From positions 80,042,001-80,106,000 of the forward strand of contig NC_042997.1 in the NCBI RefSeq assembly GCF_006345805.1: a stretch of 64,000 nucleotides of DNA, read 5' to 3'. Origin of the DNA: Octopus sinensis (lineage: Eukaryota). The translations under genes and the position numbers were made by a program. The notes under the pieces were generated by a model that was not told where the DNA came from, made no database searches, and was given only the letters and a program-made list of their open reading frames with translations. Positions within the stretch are counted from its first letter, which is position 1. Every line of letters begins with the position of its first letter. Below, piece after piece: positions 11,701 through 24,000 of the stretch.

Positions 11701-14693
11701 ATGAACCTGTGGTCTTAGTTTAAACCTGGAGTCGTTACTTCAGAAATGGCTGTGGAGGAAGTGTGCTTTGCACATAAAGGGCAGTGATACCAGTTGAGAA
11801 CAAAAGAGTTGTGTCTCCTGGTATAAGAATTGAAAACATTTAATAGACTATAAAAAATAAAGGGAGACAGAAAGAAGAAAAAAGAAGAGAATGAATGATA
11901 GAAATAAATAGAAAAATACAAAAAGAGAGAAGAAAATGAAGGTTCAAAGAAATCCAGGCATCAAAAAATAAAGGGATGATGAAGGGCACAATGCAACAAT
12001 CAATAGGGAAAGATAAACAGTGGTGATAATTCTTTTATGGTAGCTTATATCAGTACCTTTTGATGTACTTTCTTTTAAAGATATAAAGGTCTCAGATATG
12101 ACATGAGTATAGTATGAGAGTAAAAAAGCTCTTTAGTACCAGTCTTTTCTTTACTAAACACAGTATGCATCTTTTACTACTGTTAAAATATGGTTTGCTG
12201 TTCTCTAATAGTATCCATCTGATATCTTTATTTCTTTTTTATTGATCTCTCTTTCTCTCTGTTTTCCTCTACTGTTACCATCTAATATTTAGCAATGCTC
12301 TTTCCAGGGGACCTAACTTTTCAGCCCTCTAAACCTGAGTTTACTATCCACACACACCTACCTACCTACATGTATGCATGCATATATACATGCATACATA
12401 CATATATGCATGCATATATACATACATATATGCATACATATATTTGCATGTATGCTTACATATCATGTTGAACTATTGATCTCTACACATTTTTTTCTCT
12501 CAACTCTTTCTGTTGAAGAGTGTAGGCTTGAAACATCAAAGACTTTTCCATTCTTCTTGAGCATCAAACTAATACATCTACTTGTTGTTCCTTCATCTGT
12601 TTTTGCCTTTTGTTTTCTGTAAATTTAAACTATATATCATAATATGTTAGCATTTCACTTAAGCATAGTGATACTAATAATCTGGTGTTAGAACTCAGTA
12701 TACATATGCTTCAGAGAAAAGCATCAGTTGAGTACAGAGTGTAATAAGAAATTAAATTGATGACAAGGGAACAAGAAATTATGAAGTCCATTGCTTAATT
12801 TCTTGATCCCTTGAATTTATTTAATTTCTTATTATACTGTATGTATGTGTGTATGCAATAATTATAATGATAGAGAATAAGGAGACTGGTACATCCTCCA
12901 GATTTATTTCCTTTTATTTTACAAAGTCCCACTACCCAGGTGAACAAGTCCGTAGTGGGGGTGGATGCTCAGAGTGTGTTACCACAAGAATAAGAATAGC
13001 CTGGGCAAAGTTTAGAAAGCTTCTACCCCTACTGGTGACAAAGGGCCTCTCGCTCAAAGTAAAACATAGATTGTATGATGCATGTGTGTGAACTGTCATG
13101 CTTCACGACAGTGAAACATAGGCCATGACTGTTGAAGACATGCGTAGGCTTGAAAAAAATGAAGCTAGCATGATCCGCTGGATGTGTAATGTCAGTGTGC
13201 ACATATGACAGAGTGTAAGCACCCTGAGAGAAATGTTGGACATAAAAAGCATCAGATGTGGCGTACAAGAGAGATGTTTGCATTGTATAGTCATGTATAG
13301 ATGGATAAGGAGAGCTGTGTGAAGAAGGGCCACTCCCAAGCAGTGGAAGGAATCTGGGGTAGAGAGAGACTCAGGAAGACATGGGATGAGGTAGTGAAGC
13401 ATGATCTTCAAACGTTGGGCATCACAGAAGCAATGACAAAAGACTGAGACCTCTGGAGATATGCTGTGACTCACACCAGCGTCACATAACCAGCCCACTC
13501 AAAAGTTCCTTGAATCGTTGGGCGACATGCTGTGCTTGAGGAGACCTATTAAATTAAGTACATCAAAATCAAATCAAATCACATAGTTGTGATCTCCATG
13601 CCGGTGGCATGTAAAAAGCACCACCTGAACATGGCTGATGCCAGTACCACCTTGACTGGCTTCCATGCCGGTGGCATGTAAAAAGCGCCATCTGATTGTG
13701 GTCGATGTCAGCCTCCTCTGGCCCCTGTGCTGGTGCCATGTAAAAAAGCAACCACTACACTCTCGGAGTGGTTGGCATTAGGAAAGGCATCCAGCTGTAG
13801 AAACACTGCCAGATCAGACTGGAGCCTGATGCAGCCTCCTGGTTTCCCAGACCCCAGTCAAACTGTCCAACTCCTGCCAGCATGGAAAATGGACTTTAAA
13901 TGATGATGATGATGATACAGCATACTGTTATGGCTATGAAGACCTACACATTTCCACTACACAAAATATGAGCAATTGCATATGCAACTGGGCATAATTT
14001 TCTGTGCAGCTTTTTACAGGGTCTTTCAACCAGCTTGGCCTATAGTTATTACAAGAACTACACTTGAAAGTAAGCTTAAGTACCCATCTACTGCAATATA
14101 CAAATAAACCTGCCACAACAGTATCATACACTTTGACCTAATTTGATAGAATCCTGATTGCGACCAGCAGCTGGTGTGAAGATGAGGTCAACCATACAAT
14201 TTTATGACCAGACCAAATTTCAGATTCAAAATAACCTCCCCTCACTTCCTCCTGAACCCTAACCAATAAACATCTAACTGAATTCAGTTCACTTCAAGGC
14301 AAGCTGGCTCAAAGACCCTGAATGAAGCGGCACACAAAATTATGCTTGGTTGCATATGCAACTGCTCATACTCTGTGTAGTGGAAATGTGTAGGTCATTG
14401 TAACCATAAAGATATGCTGTATAACACACTGTAAAATAAAAGGAAATAAATTTTGAGGATATATCAGTCTCCATATTCTCTATCATTATAATTATTGCTA
14501 ATATACATTCCAGATAATATTAGCATCTGTTGAAGTGAACATGGAATTACCCATTGGAGGAATTTACAGCATGAGTGACAACTGCTAGTAGTCATAGTCA
14601 TAAACATTAAATACTAATCGATACAGTTAACTATAACCTGGAACATAACTGAGAGCTACCACGGTATCTGCCTGGATAAATTACCTCTAAACT

Positions 14694-14758
<65 letters not shown>

Positions 14759-15012
14759 TTCATTATAAAAAAAAATTATATTCACTTTCTTCAAAATATT
14801 TTGCATGCAGTGTCTATTTCTTCCACATTTTGTGCAGTTACTGATTTAGTTCCCAACAGACACATCTGACAGCCTTAAATCTGTCAGACTTATTATGCAA
14901 AACTTTATGTTACCTGGTTTGTTCATGTAGTCATTGTAGAATTATATGCTCTATATTTTATATATTTGAATGCTCCTTTTTTTGGCTAGGAACCATATCT
15001 AATCAGGTACAA

Positions 15013-15070
<58 letters not shown>

Positions 15071-18000
15071 GTAAATTTTATTGTTACTTTGTGTTTTCTT
15101 AAAATATTTCTTATTTATATAAAGCTTACAGAAATTATCAATTAGAATTACTTTTGATATAATCAACAATTATTTTGTTTATATGTTGTAGCATTAAAAT
15201 ATTAAATGTTGCAAAATTTATGATTTACATATATAAATTATTATTTTATTACAGTCTGTGCATTTCTGTACCTTCCCACCAAAAGAAATATATGCAGCCT
15301 ATGGGAATTACAGTTCATGAAGGTAAATATTTCAAAAGAACTTTATATTTTAAATAGTTTTCTACAGTTCTAGCAACAATAAACTTCATAGTATACATCT
15401 TAAAATTGTTTTCTGCTTATATCATGTTTCAGATTAAAACAAGTTTCTCTGTTTTTACTATGCTGGGACGCACAACTATTTACCAAAGATTAACTGACTT
15501 TGCTGTCAACTATGTACATAAGCTAATAATTGTCTTATTAAAAATGGCACAACCAGTCATTAAGGTACCACTCTGGATGCTTAAGCAGTCATCAATCATC
15601 TCTGATGCCATTGCCCTATTGCAAGCAGAAGGGCCACAATGTTGAGATCTGAACAATTTTTGATGTTGTCAGACCAGGATTTTATTTGCTTGTTCTTTAC
15701 TCTCCTGCAACTGTGTCCTGGAGAGCAGTTTTGAACAGACTGTCATGCCAGTGTACATATCTGTACCAAAAATGTTTTCACTGTATAACTATAGCACGCC
15801 TAGTAACTTGCTGCTTGATGAAACTGTTTTATATTGTGCTGTGTATACAAGATGCATAAGTTAGGCATAATATTTTAAAAGAAAATGCTGATTGACGTTC
15901 ATTTCCTTCTCTTCAGGATTCTCTACAGACTGTCTTTGTGGACTGTTACATTTTAATAAACCACTACATAAAATAGTTATTTAAAACTATAATGCTTAAT
16001 GAAATCATGTGAGAGGCCCTGCCTAAATCATCGTATCTTTCCTCTTCCTCACAACAGAGAAATATCTTAAAAGGCTTGTCAGATTGATTCATGGTCTCAG
16101 TAAACAAAATAGAAATGGGATTGCCTTGGGAGATGGTGAGAGAAATGCTTTTAAACAGCAACTTTGACTCACAGGGCTCACACTTGTGGATAGCCATCTC
16201 TGCCCCAATAGCAGGGAGCAGGGTTCAAAAACCTATCAGAGAAAGGCTGATATTTTGAGTTTCACCTTCTCAGCCTGATGAGTTAGCAAAGCCTGGGCTA
16301 GTAGCTGAACACACCAAGTTGCCACTGGACAAGATGTCACGGATGTGACATCCCAGGTGAGCTAGGTACAACTGTTGGGCACAGAGGCTGAGCAGGAACA
16401 TGCCAGACAGTGCTGGTCAAGCACTAACTCATCTGAGCTCTTGTTACACTGGATGGCATCCCATTTGTTTTGTGGGGACCAAATGTCTATAGAGGGGAGA
16501 GGGGGATGGATGTCCATAGGGTGGAAGCTGAGCTGGCTCCATGTCACATAGGCCATCTTGTTCTCCCTGATCACAATAGGTTTAGCTGTGCTGTGAAGAA
16601 TCCTGTTGATGAGGGCATGGCAAAAAGTCACTGATGAGAGAAAAACAAGTAGGGCCAGTGAGACCAGAGGCTGAGGCTGCCATATTTGATGGGTATTGTG
16701 GCCTGTTGCTAGCCAATGTTGTCAAACTGAATGTTACATATCTCTTTAGCAGCCTATTGAATACAGGTGTTGAGATCTGTGAAGATAGATATGTGGCTGT
16801 AGCAAGGGATACTGTGGAGTGTTTACAATAGCTTTGGTATGGTAAGCAGTTCCTTGACAGGAAGAATGCTGGATGGATATTGATCACATTTGGTCTGTCA
16901 AATTTTCAAGCTAGTGACACCTAGAACTGAGAGTGAAGTGAAGGGCAAGTGGGAGGATCGGTATACTGAGGATAAGGATGTCCTCTTTCAAAGTCACCTG
17001 TACCTGGTGAAGTTATGAATGCATGTCTGACATGGAGGCCATAAAGCCCTCTGCATTATAGTTTATGTTCATGACCTCCAGCTTGGACGAGTTGATCCTG
17101 AAGCTGATCCTTGCTAGAGCAGGAACCAAGTGATTGGAGATCATGGTAGAGACTCTCTACCAGCCCACCTATCGTTACATCATCCAGGTGCTAGACATTG
17201 AAAGGAGCTGTAATGCTCCGAGAGTGCAGTGGACTACTATGTTACCTTTCTTTAACATGTGCAGTACTACAAGTTGCACAGGGATTATCATGCCATAACA
17301 CTTCTCTACGGATTACCTTTGCAGCTGATCATGTTACAATTCATCAACATGTTGCTCTCTATACTCAGCACAATTTTTATTACATAAAAACTAACCATTG
17401 CAAGTTGGTTACACGGACTGCATCATCACTTGTGCTAACCATCATCATGTGTTATATTTAGAACATCAAAAATTAACGTCCATGAACACGATGTTGTGGA
17501 CTTAGCCCTGTACACAGTTATCAGGTCATCCCATAAGTTTTGTCTGAATTTTGAATAAAGAAAAGAAGTGATCAAATGTTATATTTAATTGAAATTTAAT
17601 CATCAATGTACTTTCCCTGATTATCTATGACTTCCATCTATTTACAAGCTTTTTAATCCCATCAATGTAAAACTCTTTGGTTTCAAAGCGAATAACTCTG
17701 AAATGTCAGTTTCGACCTCCTCCTGACTTGCGAAAGTTATGTCCCCCAAATGATTTTGTAAACTACAAAACAAATGGTAGCCTGAAGGAGCAAAGTTGGG
17801 AGAATAAGGTGGATGAGGAATTTTTTCCCAACCAAGCTCCTCAATCTTCTGTGATGTGATCTTTGCAGTGTGGGGTCATGCATTGTCCTGATGAAACATC
17901 ACTCCTTTTCGATTCACTAAAGCAGGTCTTTTTCCTTCAAAGCTTGGTTCAAATGCTCTAATTGCTGGCAATAGAGTTGAGCATTGATTGTTGCATTAGG

Positions 18001-21000
18001 TGGTAACAATTCAAAGTGAATTACTCCGTTGCCATCCCGCCAGATAGAGAGAAGAACCATGAAGTTCCCTTCTCGGTTGTGGTTGAGCCTTTTCCCATTT
18101 ACCAAGCTACTGTTTACAATGTTTAACATTTCGATAGAAGATCCATTTTTTGTCACCAATCACAAGTCTATCCAAAAAAGGGTGAAATGAGTTCACGAGA
18201 ATGGAGAGAAGAGCAGATGTCAACTTGGGATTTGCAGTTGCTTTCGGACAATTCATGAGGCATCCATTTTCCAAGTTTAGGAACCTTTCCAAGTTGTTGA
18301 AGATGAGGATCAACAGTTGTATGGTTTGAACTAAGCTTTGTTGCCAATTCTTCAACTGATAATGCAGGATTTTCTTCAAGTAATGCCTCAAGGAGCTTAT
18401 CATCAAACTCAACTGGACGTCCTGTTCGATCTTCATCTTCAAGGCTGAAATCTCCACTTCTGAATTTTGCAAACCATCTGCAAGTTCTTTCATTCAAACA
18501 TTCTTTTCCATAAACTGAGTGTATGTTTCGAGTCACTTCAGCTGCGGAGTTTCCCTTTTTGTACTCATAAAGCATTATGTACTTCAAATGCTCTTTGGAT
18601 ACTTTCATGTTAGAAAGGGTTTTAATCAAAGAAATTTTGATACTATTATTCTGTAAAATAATATTTAATTAGTTTAAATGTACACAAATGCATAAAAATA
18701 ATTTTTAATTCTATTAGACTTTCTAAAATGCTATTAAATTTCATTCAATTTTAAAAAGGGTAAAATCAGACAGAATTTATGGGATGACCTGATACATACA
18801 ATGAAGAGAACTTAGGATATAGTTTATCATGTTTCACATTATTTTTATTTTATGCGGTGCCAACATATAGTTATCTGATCAGTATGATAGTAAACACTAT
18901 TTTTCTGTGCTCCTTTATTCCTAATAAGTAAAAAAAAAAAAAACTAGTAAATATGATATAGATTTTAGTTATTATCTCTCATTTGCACAGCATTCTTACA
19001 TGATTAATCACACACATAAAATAAAAAAGATTTATTTCTGCATTTCGGGATTTCAAAGAACAATACCTTTGTCTCTTTGGCTAATGTTATAAATAAGTGC
19101 TCTAAGTAGAGTTTATTGTGAAATTTTATACCTAATTATTTACATCTTAAGTCAGTGGCGTTTCAAATACTGAGCTAAGGGAAATAACTCAAGTAGATAT
19201 AATTTCTAATATTACTTTTATGGCCTTCTCATGATGCAGAGCGACACTATATGTTTAACCTTTTAACATTCAGATTACTCTATCATATGGAATGCTTAAT
19301 TATTCACATTATTTTGAATTTATCATACATTATCTTGTAGCATTGAGATTTCAATGATGTGATTGTTTATTTTTAGCATGACATTTTAAGGTAAGTGTGA
19401 GAGGCCTTATCTGGTCAGTTTGAACATATAACAGGTACATTATTTGGGCCTGATATGGCCAGTTTGAACACTAAAAGGTTAAGTTTACTATAACACAGAC
19501 TTTGTTTCATATCTCTGGAGAAAGCTAGTGATCTGATAACTGAAGAATTTCAATTGAGTTCTGGTGCATTTAAGTCTGCTTAATCTTATCAGAATTGTAA
19601 CCACAAATTTATTTTACAGTAGTAAATATATATTCTTGCACAGAACTGATAAATTCTTATACTCACCGCAGTGTTGTGTAACTTGTAAAGTTAAAAAATT
19701 GGTAGCAAATTATTAAAAATTTTGTAATGAAAATGCAACTAAAGTATTTTCAGTATACACTATGTCACACCATTTTGCTTGACTGATAGACCAGCATCTC
19801 CATGGTTGGCTCTACTGCACACTTCAGTTTCCAGTTCTTTTGACTCATACATAATTCAGTAAAACTTTTGATACTGATAGACAATTCAATTGTTGTCTGT
19901 AAAATGATATACATTATCAAAAATATGTTGGTGAATAAGCTAAGTCATTGGAGCATCAAATAGAATACTCTGATATATTTGTTTGGGCTCTCTGCCCTCT
20001 GACTTAAAATCCTGTTTACCTTTCATCCTTTCACAATCAATAAATAAGGTATCAATCCAATACTAAGATTAATACTTTTTTTTTATCTCCATCCCTCTCT
20101 TTCTTATTGTGGACTGACCTAAAGAGGGATGATCTCTGCCAGGTTCAAAATACCCATGACATCATATATTATGATTGTACCCCTAAGAGTTCACCAGAAG
20201 GTGGTGATGAGATTCAAAGAGAGGAAATTTCTAGTGAAACGGTAAATCTAAGGAAACTAGTTATGCTGGCTGTCAGAGCTATTTTTCTTACCACAATAGC
20301 TGGCTCATCCTTATTAGGATACTCTTAGGTAGCAGAAAATATTTCTCACTTGAAATCAACTGTAATTAATTGATATCACACAATGATTGCTCCCTGACAT
20401 AGTTACTTATATTTAGTGGTGTTTAGTGGACTAAAATACCAAAATTAACATATCTATTTATTAAATATTTAAAATTCTTTTAGGTACATGTCTTAGATTG
20501 TTTAAATTTAACATATAGAAACTAACTTTGATAAAAAAATATATATATAGTGGTTTTATTTTAATTTTCTGTAAAATTTAAGTATCCATATTTGTAAAAT
20601 AGTATAGAAAATTGAATGTAAAAATAAAATTTCCTCTTTTATTTTCTAGCAAAGGCTTTACTACATTCAAATCTGTCAGCAATGCTGATTGCACCATGGT
20701 ATGTTGATAAACCAGTTTATTTTCTTTTTTTCCTCACTAACAGATTCAATGTAGTATTTGAATTAGAGTTGGTATAACATTTGGTTTAACACACCCCTTC
20801 TTTGCCAAAATCTTTTAAATATTGGCTCAAAGATATTCTGTGATAATATAACAAGCTTTATTTTCCATCTACAGGGAGTTCTTGCTTTCCAACTTTCCAG
20901 TTTATGAAATTACATCTTTACAAGAATTTTTTGTGGCAAAAATAATTTTTTAAATAATTTTTTAAAATTTGGTTCTTACCTCAATGTTTGTTGCCCCAAC

Positions 21001-24000
21001 ATAATTTTTGAGTGAATGGCTTGCCAGCTGAGCCAAGGCCAAATAACATTAACAAGAGTCAACTCTAACCCAACATACTTTGCTCAACACCATACTTGCT
21101 TCAAGAACCATGCAGCTGGTTTCTATGAGAAAATAACTCTTGGAATATGAGGTATTAATTAACATGCGATAATTAGCAATGAATTACCTCGCAGTCAAGA
21201 ACTACCTGCATTTTTCTTACCTATCATATTTGACTTATCATAGACAAAAAATATTTTTGTCAGCTTTTCCTTTATCTCTGTCAAATATTCTTTCACTATT
21301 AAATAAAAAATTTTCTTTGCATCCTTGTTGAGTTCAATCCCACTGCGTGTATCGTAAATAAGTATCATCTACTATAGCTGTGGGTTGACTAGTGCTTTGA
21401 ATAATAATACTTAACAAATAATAATCATCCTAAAGATACTGTGTGTGTAAAGAAAGACAGATAAACAGATGAACGTATTTACATGCTAGATATGAAAGTA
21501 CTCGATATATCAAATAAAGGTGATATATTTAATTTTTTGGAAGGCAAGACTCCAGAGAGTTAGTTAATTTAATAAATATGTAGGTATGTGTGTGCTGGTG
21601 TAAATTAGTGCATGAAACAAAAATATCTTTTGGTATTTCAGTACTGAAATACCAAAGGCAAACTTTGGTATTTCAGTATTCCATTACACCAAAGGCAAAC
21701 TTTGTCATTTAGGGAAAATAAAGTAAAATATGTACTGGAGTTGATTGCAGTTAACTAATAAAATCCCTTGAAGGCTGTCTAACAGCTGACACCAAAATGA
21801 AAAAAGAAAAAAATATCATTTTAATACCAGTTTATCAAACTGATCTCCTTTTCTGCTTTTTCTGTAGGGAATATTACTCTGGTTATTCAAAAGAGGACAA
21901 TATCACAATGACTGCTGAAGACTTGATTAATGTCTTGGATTATACTAATGATCGTAAGTATCCTTAATTTTTTTTTTATTTATTTGATTGCTTTGAAGAA
22001 AGAACTTTGCCTTTGGCCTTCAAAGACCCTTCAAGATCAGTCAGATCAATATGATTAACATTCCTCTTGAACAGTTATGAGTATATTAGCTTTAAGAAAT
22101 AAAATATACTAAAGAGCTGATGTTCTAGGTAGAAAGAACCAGATAAGGTTAATGTGAGTTCCAGGTGATATGGTCAGTAGGGATATGACATGGTTGACAA
22201 GAGAAGATGAGACAAATGAATTGATTGTGCTTGAGTTAGTGTGATGGTCAGTGACTTCATGCTAATCAGTTGGGTGGCCTTTCTTTGGATGTGGTATTGA
22301 ATAGTCATATATGCAGCAGCAGCAACAGCACTCTCCTAATACTTCATTGAGGGTCCCACCTGAGCATTCTAGAATCTTAGTAGTTGATGAGGTATGAAGT
22401 AATTTCCGACCCTGAAGAAGAGGGTCTAACTTTGTGATGTTCATTGACAGTAACACCATGCATATTCAGCAAGCTTGAGGGTTCTGATTGAGTGTTGTTC
22501 ATGTTTGAGTTGGGGGGGGGCATGTATTCTTAATGTGTAGTGATAGTATCTTTGCATTGTTGCAGGACACAAGATTAGTATGACTCCATTGGAAGATGTT
22601 TTCAAAGTTTCTCTTCGTGGAGTCAGTGCAGATTTTGTGTGAGGCATTTAGGTTGCATGTAGATGAACTGGAAAGAATGAAATGTGGTATCATTTGGATA
22701 GGAGTGGCTGTTGTTGATATACAGGAGAGAGTATAAAGGACAAAACTGAAATTTGGGATTCACCAGAGCCAAAGGGAGCACCATCAGCCACTGATTCAGA
22801 GTAGAGTATCCAAATTCATGAAAATCATACAAAGTGTTGAGAAAGATATTATTAAAGGCTTTGAGATTCTAGGATGGCAAAATAGCAATAATTAGCAGAA
22901 TCAGAAATTTGCATTTCTATAATGTAAAACACTAGGTTGTTTTCAAAGATAAGGATATATACCTACAGGAAGAGAGAGAGAGACTTTGGTAAGGATAGAG
23001 ACTAATTCTGGCCTCAATTGTTTGAAGGTAAGGGAAAGGATATTGTCAAAGACAGTAGCTTGTTGTTTTAAAACAACTGGAAGTGTTTCATATGTATGTG
23101 GTGACTGTGGTGGTAAGCCTGATGGAATGGTAAGTGATAGCTTTGGAGGAGAATTATTTAGTGTGTGTTTGTGGAGGCTTTCTTCTTGGAAGTACTGCTT
23201 ACAGGACCATAATGGTTGAGAAGTGGAGGGGAGGATGGTTCCAAAATGTGGAAACAAACCCTTTCAATAAAAGAACAAAATGATTAGCTGCAGTTTTGAA
23301 GGTGGGAAAACTTATAGGGTGTATGATGCACATCACCATCATTCATATATTAGATGATGGTCTTGCAGGAGTTGCTGTAGAAGCCAGGTTGGGGGTGGAA
23401 AATTTTCTCCAAGCTTTGAAGGTTATATTCTTTGCCTGTACTCTTGCAATGCATAGCAATCTGGCAAACATGGGAGTAGGTTTTAGTTGTGTGGGGAATG
23501 TAGAAGGGCATATCATAAGAAGAAACATTAAGTGAATTTATCTCAGTTTAAATGCATTTTCAGAATATTGCATGTTATAATGACTAGATTGTATGATATT
23601 TCTGTAATTGTTATTTGTTTAGGAGATATATTATGCTAGTTTCTATATTTTCTTTCAGATGATAATTACCTGATGCAATTATTATTTTGGGATGCCAATA
23701 TCACAAAGAAAATGGAGCTTTATTGGCATGATGTTGACATTTTCCCTCAATTTAAGTATGTGTATTCTACTATTCCCTTCAGTTTTAATCTTGGCAGAAG
23801 TGATATCAATTTAATATTTTGTGGCATTCAGCTATATTACTTTACATTCAGAGTTCAAATCCCCACTACTTCTTTCCTCTTTTTGTACCCTTTCATACTG
23901 TGGGGCACAATAAAATATATCGAGTACTTGTATCAATTTGATTGACCGTAAGTCCCATCCAATTGCAAAAACATTTATGAGGCAGAAAGAAGATTGGAAA

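Noticed and set aside
15917-15982. Strong acceptor ttctcttcag|GATTC in the 15322-20650 intron
   Set aside because: The frame ends in TAA without a convincing donor, and the neighbouring exons already join in phase.
20107-20328. 73-aa ORF and possible cryptic exon 20151-20241
   Set aside because: The in-phase frame hits TGA after four codons; the 3' part resembles a SINE tail seen elsewhere in the window.
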